Shown here: positions 19,117 through 28,780 of the stretch, piece after piece
How the letters are laid out: every line of letters begins with the position of its first letter
Numbering within the stretch: the stretch's first letter is position 1
Origin: Acidimicrobiia bacterium
GTDB taxonomy: Bacteria; Actinomycetota; Acidimicrobiia; Spongiisociales; UBA5794
NCBI GenBank assembly: GCA_041581135.1
Contig: JBFGCM010000007.1
Span: 1,963 to 65,962, forward strand
DNA length: 64,000 nucleotides
Direction of reading: 5' to 3'
The notes under the pieces: model-generated
Seen by the model: only the letters and a program-made list of their open reading frames with translations
The model's database searches: none
Told to the model about the DNA's origin: nothing
Position numbers and translations under genes: made by a program

Positions 19117-19620
19117 TTACCCCCGGGGGGCCCTATCGAAGGTGCGGTAGGTGAAGGCGAGCTCGTGACGCTCGTCCGCCGGGTGGTGCGATTCCGCGAT
19201 CAGGGTCCACCGTGACCAGTCCACACGCGGCATGTAGGTGTCCCCCTCGACCTCGCCATGGACACAGGTCACCTCGAGCCGATCGGCCATTGGCAGCGTC
19301 ACTTCGAACACACTGGCTCCACCGATGACGAATGCCGTGTCCCCGGCGACAGCAGCCAGGGCCTCCTCGAAGGAACGTGCCGTCTCGGCGCCGATTGCCA
19401 GATACTCCTCGTTGTGCGTCAGCACGATGTTCTGGCGCTCGGGCAGCGGCCGGCGCGGCAGCGATTCCCAGGTGGCCCGGCCCATGATCACGGCACCTCC
19501 CAGCGTCAGCGCCTTGAACCGGGCCAACTCGTCGGGCAGGTGCCACGGCAGGCCTCCTCGGTCGCCGATGACGTCGTTCTCCGCCATCGCCCAGAGCAAC
19601 GTGATCCGGGGTCGGATCAC
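19117..19620 (-). CDS. folA: dihydrofolate reductase
   Basis: [39 protein letters not shown]; coupled to thyA. Confidence 0.95.
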   Translation of the reverse strand: MIRPRITLLWAMAENDVIGDRGGLPWHLPDELARFKALTLGGAVIMGRATWESLPRRPLPERQNIVLTHNEEYLAIGAETARSFEEALAAVAGDTAFVIGGASVFEVTLPMADRLEVTCVHGEVEGDTYMPRVDWSRWTLIAESHHPADERHELAFTYRTFDRAPRG

Positions 19621-20411
19621 ACGGCGACCGGCGCGGAGATGTGCGGATGGGGGTCGTAGTCGACCACAGAGACGTCGTCGAACGTGAACCCGTCGATCGA
19701 CGACACCGTCGGGTTCAAGATGAGCTTCGGGAGCGACCGCGGCGCACGAGTCAGCTGCAAGCGCGCCTGCTCGAGGTGGTTGTCGTACAGGTGAGCGTCA
19801 CCAAGGGTGTGGACGAACTCGCCCGGCCCGAGGCCGGTCACCTGGGCAACCATCGCCGTGAGCAACGAGTAGCTGGCGATGTTGAACGACACGCCCAGGA
19901 ACACATCCGCCGAACGCTGGTAGAGCTGGCACGACAGCCGACCGTCGGCGACATAGAACTGGAACATCATGTGACATGGCGGCAGCGCCATCTCCGAGAT
20001 CTCGCCGACGTTCCAGGCGTTCACGATGAGCCGGCGGCTGTCGGGATTCGATCGGATCTGCTCGATCACCTCGGCGAGCTGATCGATGGTGTCCCCCGAG
20101 GGTGTGCCCCAGGACCGCCACTGCTTGCCGTACACCGGGCCGAGCTCGCCGTGCTCGTCCGCCCACTCGTTCCAGATGCGGACGCCGTTGTCGTTGAGGT
20201 AGCCGATGTTCGTGTCGCCGGCGATGAACCACAGCAGCTCGTGCACGATGGAGCGCAGATGCAGCTTCTTGGTGGTGACCATCGGGAATCCGGCGGAGAG
20301 ATCGAACCGCATCTGGTGACCGAACACCGAGCGAGTGCCGGTGCCGGTGCGGTCGGACTTCGCGGTGCCGTGTTCGAGGACGTGATCGAGGAGGTCGAGG
20401 TACTGCCGCAT
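19617..20411 (-). CDS. thyA: thymidylate synthase
   Basis: DRTGTGT, ELLWFI, YGKQWR, SRR, LPPCH (catalytic Cys), YQRSAD, HLYDNH; 264 aa. Confidence 0.98.
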   Translation of the reverse strand: MRQYLDLLDHVLEHGTAKSDRTGTGTRSVFGHQMRFDLSAGFPMVTTKKLHLRSIVHELLWFIAGDTNIGYLNDNGVRIWNEWADEHGELGPVYGKQWRSWGTPSGDTIDQLAEVIEQIRSNPDSRRLIVNAWNVGEISEMALPPCHMMFQFYVADGRLSCQLYQRSADVFLGVSFNIASYSLLTAMVAQVTGLGPGEFVHTLGDAHLYDNHLEQARLQLTRAPRSLPKLILNPTVSSIDGFTFDDVSVVDYDPHPHISAPVAV

Positions 20412-20450
20412 CGCTCGCCGATCATACGACCGCGACGTCGTGACGCGCGG

Positions 20451-20675
20451 TCATTCCTCGCTGCTCGCCAATGGGATGCGCAGGGTCAGTGTCTCCCCGT
20501 CTTCGACCGTCCATTCGGCCTGACCCACGAGGGAGTAATCGAGGTAGTCGAGTTCGGCCTGTTTGATGAACGCGCGCCGCGCATCGGCCTCCAGCGGCGG
20601 GATGCCCCGCGCCTTGACCGCGGCGGCCCGCTCTCGGAACCGCGCCAGGAACTGGTCGATGTCGAACTCTGCCAC
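20451..20675 (-). CDS. small hypothetical protein (74 aa)
   Basis: GTG start with AGGAGG upstream; MAEFDIDQFLARFRERAAAVKARGIPP... Confidence 0.7.
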   Translation of the reverse strand: MAEFDIDQFLARFRERAAAVKARGIPPLEADARRAFIKQAELDYLDYSLVGQAEWTVEDGETLTLRIPLASSEE

Positions 20676-20748
20676 AGGACCCTCCTGAGTCACCCTCCGG
20701 CCCGCCGAACCGGATTGGTGCAGGCTACTCGCAACTAGTCTCGCCGCC

Positions 20749-21618
20749 GTGCTCGACCGGCGCCTCCTGTTCGTCTCCGGTAAGGGCGGCGTGGGCAAGT
20801 CGGCCGTGACCGCGGCGCTTGCCACCGTCGCCGCCCGCCGTGGCCGGCGCGTCCTCGTCATGGGGCTCGTCGACCACATCGGCTTGGCGTCACACTTCGG
20901 CGTCGACCACCTGAGCTACCGGGCCCAGGAGATCCGTCCCGGGCTGTTCGCGCTGGCCGTGGACCGCTCGAGCGCACTCGACGAGTACCTCCGCCTGCAG
21001 GTCCCCACGCCGAAGGCGGCACCCACCGGTCCCATCACGGCCGCCCTCGCCGCGGTCGTCGACACCGTTCCCGGGGTGCGTGAGATCGTGAGCATCGGAA
21101 AGCCGATCTACGAGCTGTGGCAGGACGAGTGGGATCTCGTCATCGTCGACGCCGTGCCGCTCGGCCAGCTCATCTCCTACCTGCGGGCGCCGATCACCAT
21201 CCGCGACCTGGTCCCCAGCGGACGGGTGCGAGAGCAGGCGGCGAGGATGCGCGCCGCCCTGCTCGATCCATCCACCTCCGGATTGGTGTTGGTCGTGACG
21301 CCGGAAGAACTGCCGGTGGCCGAAACCGTGCAGGCGCTGGACCAGCTCGCCGACGAGCCGGTCATCGATGTCGCCGGCATCACGGTGAACCGCGTGCTAC
21401 CGCCATTGGACTCCATCGATATCGCCGCGCTGCCCCCTGGCCCTCACGCCGATGCCGCCATGCTCCACACACAGCTCGTTGCGGAGCAGGCGAGTTGGCT
21501 CGCGTCCCTGCCGCGCGACGTGGAGCTCCCCTACCTCTTTGGGCTCCACACCCCGCCCGAAGTTGCGGCCCGTCTGGCCGACGAGTGGGAGGACCAATGG
21601 ACGGGTGAGGCGCCATGA
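20749..21618 (+). CDS. ArsA/Get3-family ATPase, subunit 1 (BagA/Rv3679-like)
   Basis: GKGGVGKS P-loop, PGVRE, DLVIVDA, VTPEELPV.ET, VNRV. Confidence 0.88.
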   Translation: MLDRRLLFVSGKGGVGKSAVTAALATVAARRGRRVLVMGLVDHIGLASHFGVDHLSYRAQEIRPGLFALAVDRSSALDEYLRLQVPTPKAAPTGPITAALAAVVDTVPGVREIVSIGKPIYELWQDEWDLVIVDAVPLGQLISYLRAPITIRDLVPSGRVREQAARMRAALLDPSTSGLVLVVTPEELPVAETVQALDQLADEPVIDVAGITVNRVLPPLDSIDIAALPPGPHADAAMLHTQLVAEQASWLASLPRDVELPYLFGLHTPPEVAARLADEWEDQWTGEAP

Positions 21619-22691
21619 CGCGGGCGATCATCGTCACCGGCGCCGGGGGCGTGGGGAAGACCACCATCTCGGCCGGGCTGGCAGTGGCTGCTGCGTCGCG
21701 GAAGATGCGAGCCTTGGTGCTGACGGTGGACCCGGCACGCCGTCTGGCCGGCGCTCTCGGCCTGGAGGACCTGGGCAACGAGCCCACCGAGGTGACCGCC
21801 TTACCTGGTCTCGACGCGGCCATGCTGGACGCCGCAGCCTCTTGGGAGGCGATCATCGACCGCCATGCCCCCGCCGACGCCGCGGCCCGCCTGCACGACA
21901 ATCCGTTCTTTCGCGCCATCGCCGATCGCTTCCCGGCGACCCAGTCGTACGCAGCGGGAGAGCAGATGTCGGCCTACATCGAGTCCCGGTTCTGGGACAT
22001 CGTCATCATCGACACCCCGCCGGCGGGCGGCGGTATCGAGTTCTACTCGGCACCGCGCCGCATGCGCGATCTCGTGGGCGGCAAGCTGCTGCGGTGGCTC
22101 ACCGGCGCCGGGCTGCCCGGACGACGAACGCTGTATCGCATCACCGCTCGCCCCGTCCTGCGCTTCACCGACACCATCCTCGGCGGGCAGCTGCTCGAAC
22201 AGGTCGCCGAATTCCTGCTCGATCTGCGGACGATCTACGACGGGCTCTCGGCACGCGCCCACACTGTCGAAGGGCATCTCGCCGAGGCGGAGACGGTGGT
22301 GGTCACCACCACGGACCCCACCCCCATCCGGGAAGCGCATCGGTTCTTCACCGACGAGAGTGTCCCGACGCCCACCCGGCTCGTCTTCAACCGGACACTG
22401 CCATCCGACTGGGCACATCGACATCCCGTGCCCGACGGTCCCGACGAGGAGACCCGCCGGATCCTGCGTGACAACCTGGAGCGATGGGGCACCGAGGTGC
22501 GCCGCCAGGCCGACGCCCGTAGCGAGTTCGCGGGCCAGTTCGGGGCGCGTATCGTGACTGTGCCGTGGTTGGCCGAGGCTCCCACCGATCTGACCGCGCT
22601 CGGCACGATGATCGAGTCAGCCGAGGGTTGGGACCTCGACGGCCTGCTTCAGGGCCCTGAACCGGGTCGACAACCCGCAATCGACCCCTAA
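21615..22691 (+). CDS. ArsA/Get3-family ATPase, subunit 2 (BagB/Rv3680-like)
   Basis: GAGGVGKTT, TVDPARRLA..LG, IDTPP, FNR; ATGA overlap with subunit 1. Confidence 0.88.
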   Translation: MTRAIIVTGAGGVGKTTISAGLAVAAASRKMRALVLTVDPARRLAGALGLEDLGNEPTEVTALPGLDAAMLDAAASWEAIIDRHAPADAAARLHDNPFFRAIADRFPATQSYAAGEQMSAYIESRFWDIVIIDTPPAGGGIEFYSAPRRMRDLVGGKLLRWLTGAGLPGRRTLYRITARPVLRFTDTILGGQLLEQVAEFLLDLRTIYDGLSARAHTVEGHLAEAETVVVTTTDPTPIREAHRFFTDESVPTPTRLVFNRTLPSDWAHRHPVPDGPDEETRRILRDNLERWGTEVRRQADARSEFAGQFGARIVTVPWLAEAPTDLTALGTMIESAEGWDLDGLLQGPEPGRQPAIDP

Positions 22692-22766
22692 CCAGCGCTT
22701 GTAGATTCACTCAACCGACGACCGATGTGGCCGATAACCAGACCAGCAGCGGGAAGGGACCGGCGC

Positions 22767-24722
22767 ATGAACATCAGGACGGCATGGGAGGGCCATGGCC
22801 GCATCGCCTTGGTCACGTTGCCGCTGCTGACGCTCGCCGCACTCGCCGCGATCGTCATCCTGATGAACTTCCGCGCCGATCAGGACGAAGCGAACCGGCG
22901 CATCCGTATCGCCGACCAGCAGATCGCCATCAGCCACGTCATCTCTGAGGCCGCCCTCGAGATCGCCGCCGGCGACGGCGTCGACGACACCATCCGCAAC
23001 TCGCTCGTGATGCTCGACCGGGACCACTACGGGCTGCGCTACGGCAATGCTGCCCTGGGGGTGAGTGGCGAGCACAGCGCCACCGCAGAGCGCGCATTTG
23101 CCGCAGTTGAGCCCGTGTACGACGAGCTGAGGTCCGTCGCCGACCGCCTCGCCGCCGGCGATGAGAGTGCGGCACCAGCTGTGGTCGACGCCACCGGGGC
23201 GTTCCGCGGCTCCATGGCCGGGTTGCGATCTCTGCTCGTCGACGACGCATCCAAGAGATCGGCCACGCTGCTGCGGGTCGAGGTCGTGATGCTCCTGCTG
23301 GCCTTCCTCACCACCGTGATCGTGTTCATCCTCGCTCCCGAGGTGAAACGGCGCCGAGAAGAGCATCGCAAGCTGAGCCGGCCGAGCCGTCCGGATCACC
23401 TCACCGGATTGATACGGCGCGATCCTCTGGCCGAGCGTCTGCAATACGCCATCGCCCGCAGCGCGAAGCTGGACGAGTACGCCTCGGTGCTGGTGGTGGA
23501 CGTCGACGGGCTCACCGAGATCAACCAACGCTTCGGCCACGCCGCCGGCGACCGCCTCCTGCAAGAGCTCGCGACGCGTTTCAAGGAGGTGGTCCGGGCC
23601 AGCGACACGGTCGCCCGGCTCGAAGACGACCGCTTCGCCATCCTCATCGAAGGCAACCATCGCGCCGAGGACTCGGGCCGTGTCGCCGAGAAACTCATGG
23701 CGGCACTGGAGCTGCCGACCGCGGCCGGGGCGCACGAGCTGCACCCGTCGGTGAGCATCGGCATCGCGGTGGCACCCCTCGACGGCACCCACCCGGACGA
23801 TCTGCTCGAAAACGCCGAAGTGGCGATGGTGTCCGCCAAACAGCTGGGCGGCGACACGTACCAGTACTACTCACCCGAGTTGAAGGCGCTCACTCGGGGC
23901 AGGCTCGAAATGCTGGACGGGCTGCGCCGAGCGCTCTCCAGCGACAAGCAACTGCGGCTTGCGTTCCAGCCCAAAGTCGACCTTCGCAGCGGCAAGGTCA
24001 CCGGTGCCGAGGCGTTGATCCGGTGGAGCCACCCGGAGCAGGGCGAGATCCTCCCCGGCGAGTTCATTCCGTTCGCCGAGGAGACCGAGGTCATCCTCGG
24101 ATTGGGCGAGTGGGTCATCGAGCGGGCGTGCCGTCAAGTGGCGCAATGGGACACCATCGGGCTCGACCAGCTCCAGGTGTCCGTCAACGTGTCCGCCCGG
24201 CAATTCCGCAACGGCGACCTGGCCGAGGTCGTCGCCAAGGCCGTGGCCGATGCGGGCATAGAAGCCAGCCGGATCCAGGTCGAGCTCACTGAGGGCGCCC
24301 TGGTGGATGACATCGACCGTGCCCGGGAGACGCTCGCCGAGCTCCAGGAGCTCGGGGTGACCGTCGCCATCGACGACTTCGGTACCGGCTACTCGTCGTT
24401 GAGCTACCTGAAGCGCTTCCCCATCGATGCGCTCAAGATCGACCGCAGCTTCGTGCAGGAGCTGAGCCCGAACTCGAACGAGGCCGCCATCTCCACCGCG
24501 ATCATCGCTCTCGCCCACAGCCTCGATCTCGAAGTGGTCGCCGAAGGCGTCGAGCAGGCACATCAGTTGGCGATGTTGGAGGAACTCGGCTGCGACACGG
24601 TCCAAGGTTTCTTGTTCGCAAAGGCCCTACCCCCGGCCGATCTCGAAGCCTTCGTGGGGATGGCCAGCTCGCCCAATGCCGCCGCCCCCCGGCTGGGGGG
24701 CAGGTACGTCCCCAGCTACTGA
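22767..24722 (+). CDS. membrane sensor-GGDEF(degenerate)-EAL protein, probable c-di-GMP phosphodiesterase
   Basis: Two TMs around an extracytoplasmic helical domain; D.LTGL and N..FGHAAGD but EDDRF in place of GGDEF; intact [27 protein letters not shown]. Confidence 0.9.
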   Translation: MNIRTAWEGHGRIALVTLPLLTLAALAAIVILMNFRADQDEANRRIRIADQQIAISHVISEAALEIAAGDGVDDTIRNSLVMLDRDHYGLRYGNAALGVSGEHSATAERAFAAVEPVYDELRSVADRLAAGDESAAPAVVDATGAFRGSMAGLRSLLVDDASKRSATLLRVEVVMLLLAFLTTVIVFILAPEVKRRREEHRKLSRPSRPDHLTGLIRRDPLAERLQYAIARSAKLDEYASVLVVDVDGLTEINQRFGHAAGDRLLQELATRFKEVVRASDTVARLEDDRFAILIEGNHRAEDSGRVAEKLMAALELPTAAGAHELHPSVSIGIAVAPLDGTHPDDLLENAEVAMVSAKQLGGDTYQYYSPELKALTRGRLEMLDGLRRALSSDKQLRLAFQPKVDLRSGKVTGAEALIRWSHPEQGEILPGEFIPFAEETEVILGLGEWVIERACRQVAQWDTIGLDQLQVSVNVSARQFRNGDLAEVVAKAVADAGIEASRIQVELTEGALVDDIDRARETLAELQELGVTVAIDDFGTGYSSLSYLKRFPIDALKIDRSFVQELSPNSNEAAISTAIIALAHSLDLEVVAEGVEQAHQLAMLEELGCDTVQGFLFAKALPPADLEAFVGMASSPNAAAPRLGGRYVPSY

Positions 24723-24723
24723 G

Positions 24724-27700
24724 TCAGAGCACCGCCGACGGGCCCAAGAGCTCACGCAGCTCGGCATAGAGCGCCGAACGCGGCTCGACCCTATGGTCAT
24801 CACCGAGCTTGAGGACCTTCTCGCCCTGATCGCCCACCATGTGCAGGTAGACCGGAGCCGCCCCTGGATGGTTGTGGAGGGCACGGCGCAGGCGGTCGAC
24901 CATGTTGCGCGACATGCGGGCAGCGGGCACGCGGAGCCGCACCATCTCGTCGGTGACCAGCTGCGGTTCGCTCAGTGTTTGTCCGATGAACTTGACCGAG
25001 TCGCCGCGATGGTCCACTCGGCCCCCGACGATCACCACGGCGTCTTCGCGAATGTACGGCCCGAACTCGGCCACGGTCCGCGGGAAGCACACCACCTCGA
25101 CGCTGCCCTTGAGGTCCTCGAGCTGGAAGAACTGCATCGGATCGCCCGATTTGGTGTAACGGGTGGTGACGCCGGTCACGATGCCGCCGAGGGTGGCAGG
25201 GGCTTTGTCCTCCAACTCCCACAGCCCGGGGATGTCGGTGGTCGTGATGGCCCCCAAGACCTTCTCGACCCCGAGGAGGGGATGATCGGAGATGTAGAGG
25301 CCGAGCATCTCCTTCTCGAAGCCGAGCTTGATCTTCTTGTCCCACTCGCCCTCCGGAACGGCGACGGGTGACTCCTGCAGGGCCTCGTCGTCACCGGCGA
25401 ACAGGCTGAACTGACCCATGTCCTCGGCCCGCCGCCGAGACAGCGTGGCGTCGAGCATCTGCTCGAAGATGAGCATCAGACCCTTGCGCGACACGCCCAG
25501 TGACTCGAAGGCTCCGGCCTTGATGAGCGACTCGATGGTGCGCTTGTTGAGCACGGTGACGTCCACCCGGTTGATGAAGTCGGCGAACGACTCGAAGGGG
25601 CCGTTCTTGTCACGCTCGGCGATGATGAGTGACACCGCCGCTTCGCCGACGTTGCGCACGGCCGACATGCCGAAGAGGATGGCGCCGGCGCGGACGGCGA
25701 AGTCGGACTCGGAGCCGTTCACGTCGGGGACGACCACCTCTATGCCCATCGTGCGGCACTCGTTGAGGTAGACCGCGGTCTTGTCCTTGTTGCTCTTCAC
25801 CGACGTGAGCAGCGCCGCCATGTACTCGGCCGGATAGTGGGCCTTGAGCCAGGCCGTCTGGTAGGCGACGAGGCCGTAGGCCGCGGAGTGCGCCTTGTTG
25901 AAACCGTATCCGGCGAAGTGCTCGATGAATCCGAAGACCTCCTGAGCGAGGTGCTCGTCGTATCCATTGGCGACGCACCCCTCGACGAAGTCGGCTTCCT
26001 GGGCCCGCATCACCGCGGGGATCTTCTTGCCCATGGCCTTGCGCAACGTGTCGGCTTCGATCATCGAGTAGCCCGCCATCTTCTGGGCGACCTGCATCAC
26101 CTGCTCCTGGAACACCATGATCCCGAAGGTGTCGCTCAGGATGTCGGCGAGGTCGGGATGGAGGAAGGTGACCTCGGCTCTGCCGTTCTTGCGATCTGCG
26201 TACTCCTGATGCATGCCGGCGCCCAGTGGGCCTGGGCGGTACAACGCGTTCAATGCGATGAGGTGCTCGAACTTGTCCGGTTTGAGGTTGCGCATGAGCG
26301 CTCGCATCGGTCCGCCTTCGAACTGGAACACGCCCATCGAGTCGCCGGCCTGCAGCATGACGAACACGGCCTCGTCATCGAGCGGCACGCTGTCGATGTC
26401 GATGCGCTCACCGTGGGTCTCCTCGATGAGCTCCAGGCACCGCTCGATGGTGGAGAGGTTCCGCAGGCCGAGGAAGTCCATCTTGAGCAGACCGAGCGCT
26501 TCGACGGCGTGCATCTCGTATTGGGTGAGGACCTCGGCCTCCTCCCCTTTGCGTTGCAGCGGCACGATGTCGGTGAGGGGAACCGGCGAGATGACGACGG
26601 CGGCGGCATGGATCGAGTCCTGGCGACGGAGCCCCTCCAGTCCACGGGCGGTGTCGATGACCTGTTTGGCATCGGGGTCGGCGGCGTAGATCTCGCGGAG
26701 GCCGGCCGCTGCCGTGTAGTGGTCCCGGTCCTGCTGGCCGGCTTCCTGCCCGGGGGACTCCAAGCACTGGTCGAGTGTGGCCTCCCGGCCCAGGATGGCC
26801 GGCGGCATGAGCTTGGAGACTCGATCGCCGAGGCTGTACGGGAATCCGAGCACTCTGGCGGCGTCGCGGAGTGCCTGGCGGCCCTTGATGGTCGAGAACG
26901 TGACGATCTGCGCGACGTGTTCGGACCCGTACCGCTCGGCGCAGTACCGGATCATCTCACCCCGGTAGCGCTCGTCGAAGTCCATGTCGATGTCGGGCAT
27001 CTGCCGCCTACCGGGATTCAGGAATCGCTCGAAGATCAGGCCATAGTCCAATGGGTCGAGATCGGTGATCCCTAGGCAGTACGAGACGATGGCACCGGCG
27101 GCACTGCCACGACCCGGACCGGTGCGAATGCCGCGCTCACCGGCGTACCGGATGAGGTCCCACACGATGAGGAAGTAAGCATCGAACCCCATGTCGCCGA
27201 TCACGCCCAGCTCATAGTCGATGCGGCTGCGGACCTCGTCCCCGAGTGGATCGCCGTAGCGGCGCCGGGCACCTTCGTACACGAGGTGGCGGAGGTAGCT
27301 GGCTTCGGTGTGGCCGTCGGGCACGGGGAACTCGGGCAGCAGGATCTGGTCGAACTCGAGAGAGACGGAGGCGCGCTCGGCGACGAGCAGCGTGTTGTCG
27401 CATGCACCCGGGAACTCGGACTGGGGGAACAGCGACCGCATCTGTGCCGCCGACTTGATGTAGAACTCCTGCGACTCGAACTTGAACCGGTCGGTGTCGC
27501 TCTTGTTGGCACCGGTCTGTATGCACAACAGGACGTCGTGGGCCTCCGCCTCCGACGCGTAGGTGTAGTGGCTGTCGTTGGCAGCGAGTAGCGGCGCATC
27601 GATGTCGCGTGCGATCTGGAGCAGGTCGGCCATGATGCGGCGTTGCGCCTCGATACCGTGGTCCTGCAGCTCGACGAAGAAGTTCTCCTTGCCGAAGATG

Positions 27701-28224
27701 TCCTGGTACATCGCCGCCGTGGCAACCGCCGTGTCGTAGTCACGGACTTGGCCCTGGTTTCCTTCCTCGAGCGATGCATCGGGCGCCAGCAGCTGCGGCA
27801 CGTGGCCGCCGAGACAGCCCGTGGTGGCCACTATCCCTTGGGCATGCTCTGCGAGCAGCTCGACGTCCATCCGCGGCTTGTAGTAGAAGCCGTCGAGAAA
27901 CGCCTTGCTGGCGAGTCGCATCAGGTTGCGGTACCCGACATCGTCGGTGGCGAGCAGCGTCATGTGATACCGCACGTCGTCACGTCGTGGCGGGCGATCG
28001 AACCGCGAGCCCGGCGTCAGGTATGCCTCGATCCCGAAGATCGGCTTGACTCCGGCCGCCGACGCCGCCTTGTAGAAGTCGACGACGCCGTACAACACGC
28101 CGTGGTCCGTGATGGCGACCGCAGGTTGGTCATCGGCCGCGACGGCCGCAACGAGGTCTTTGACGCGCGCAGCTCCATCCAGCATCGAGAACTCGGTGTG
28201 CACATGGAGGTGGGCGAAACTCAT
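24724..28224 (-). CDS. dnaE: DNA polymerase III alpha subunit
   Basis: PHP motif HLHVHTEFS, GRGSAAG, PDIDMDF, LKMDFLGL, GYGFNKAHS, C-terminal OB fold; no intein evident. Confidence 0.98.
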   Translation of the reverse strand: MSFAHLHVHTEFSMLDGAARVKDLVAAVAADDQPAVAITDHGVLYGVVDFYKAASAAGVKPIFGIEAYLTPGSRFDRPPRRDDVRYHMTLLATDDVGYRNLMRLASKAFLDGFYYKPRMDVELLAEHAQGIVATTGCLGGHVPQLLAPDASLEEGNQGQVRDYDTAVATAAMYQDIFGKENFFVELQDHGIEAQRRIMADLLQIARDIDAPLLAANDSHYTYASEAEAHDVLLCIQTGANKSDTDRFKFESQEFYIKSAAQMRSLFPQSEFPGACDNTLLVAERASVSLEFDQILLPEFPVPDGHTEASYLRHLVYEGARRRYGDPLGDEVRSRIDYELGVIGDMGFDAYFLIVWDLIRYAGERGIRTGPGRGSAAGAIVSYCLGITDLDPLDYGLIFERFLNPGRRQMPDIDMDFDERYRGEMIRYCAERYGSEHVAQIVTFSTIKGRQALRDAARVLGFPYSLGDRVSKLMPPAILGREATLDQCLESPGQEAGQQDRDHYTAAAGLREIYAADPDAKQVIDTARGLEGLRRQDSIHAAAVVISPVPLTDIVPLQRKGEEAEVLTQYEMHAVEALGLLKMDFLGLRNLSTIERCLELIEETHGERIDIDSVPLDDEAVFVMLQAGDSMGVFQFEGGPMRALMRNLKPDKFEHLIALNALYRPGPLGAGMHQEYADRKNGRAEVTFLHPDLADILSDTFGIMVFQEQVMQVAQKMAGYSMIEADTLRKAMGKKIPAVMRAQEADFVEGCVANGYDEHLAQEVFGFIEHFAGYGFNKAHSAAYGLVAYQTAWLKAHYPAEYMAALLTSVKSNKDKTAVYLNECRTMGIEVVVPDVNGSESDFAVRAGAILFGMSAVRNVGEAAVSLIIAERDKNGPFESFADFINRVDVTVLNKRTIESLIKAGAFESLGVSRKGLMLIFEQMLDATLSRRRAEDMGQFSLFAGDDEALQESPVAVPEGEWDKKIKLGFEKEMLGLYISDHPLLGVEKVLGAITTTDIPGLWELEDKAPATLGGIVTGVTTRYTKSGDPMQFFQLEDLKGSVEVVCFPRTVAEFGPYIREDAVVIVGGRVDHRGDSVKFIGQTLSEPQLVTDEMVRLRVPAARMSRNMVDRLRRALHNHPGAAPVYLHMVGDQGEKVLKLGDDHRVEPRSALYAELRELLGPSAVL

Positions 28225-28333
28225 GGATCGATTCGACAAACTACAACCGTGTAAGCACATTACCAGCGGCGCCCTCCGGCGCGCTAGAGCGCGAATCCGA
28301 ACGCTCCCACGGCGTCGCTACCATCCTCGCCTC

Positions 28334-28780
28334 ATGCAACGTGTTGCCGTGCTCACTTCCGGTGGCGACGCTCCTGGCATGAACCGATGCATCCGTGCCC
28401 CCGTGCGGGCCGCCGCCGCCGGAGCCACGGCGTTCGGCGTCGCGGACGGATTCGAGGGTCTCTTGGACGGGCGACGCACCCTGCTGACCCCCCGCAGCGT
28501 GGGCAACATCGTGCACGAAGAAGGGACGATGCTCCACACGGGGCGCTGCCAGCGAATGCTCGAAGAAGGCGGGCTCGACACCGCAGCCGAGGTGCTCAGC
28601 GATGCGGACATCGACGACGTGGTGGTCATCGGAGGTGACAGCTCACTCCGGGGCGGGCACGCACTGGCGTCCCGCGGAAGAGTCACGAGCCAGACCCGGC
28701 GAACCAACCTCACCTTCCACCGCATGGCACACTTGCTGGCTCAGGAATCGGCGTCGAGGAGGCCTGGATGGGACGAATAG
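28334..28780 (+). pseudogene. internally deleted, degenerate 6-phosphofructokinase copy
   Basis: MQRVAVLTSGGDAPGMN...VVVIGGDSSLRG, then an abrupt jump to a PfkA C-terminus-like tail. Lacks TIDND and MGR. Confidence 0.8.

Noticed and set aside
20749-22691. Arsenic-resistance operon
   Set aside because: No arsR/B/C/D or acr3 nearby, and no metalloid-binding Cys residues in the ATPases.
24724-28224. Intein or split DnaE
   Set aside because: Normal length, continuous motifs, and no intein terminal or LAGLIDADG signatures.
28109-28333. N-terminal extension of the pfk fragment overlapping the dnaE start
   Set aside because: It overlaps the divergent dnaE start and promoter region; Pfk similarity begins at ATG 28334.
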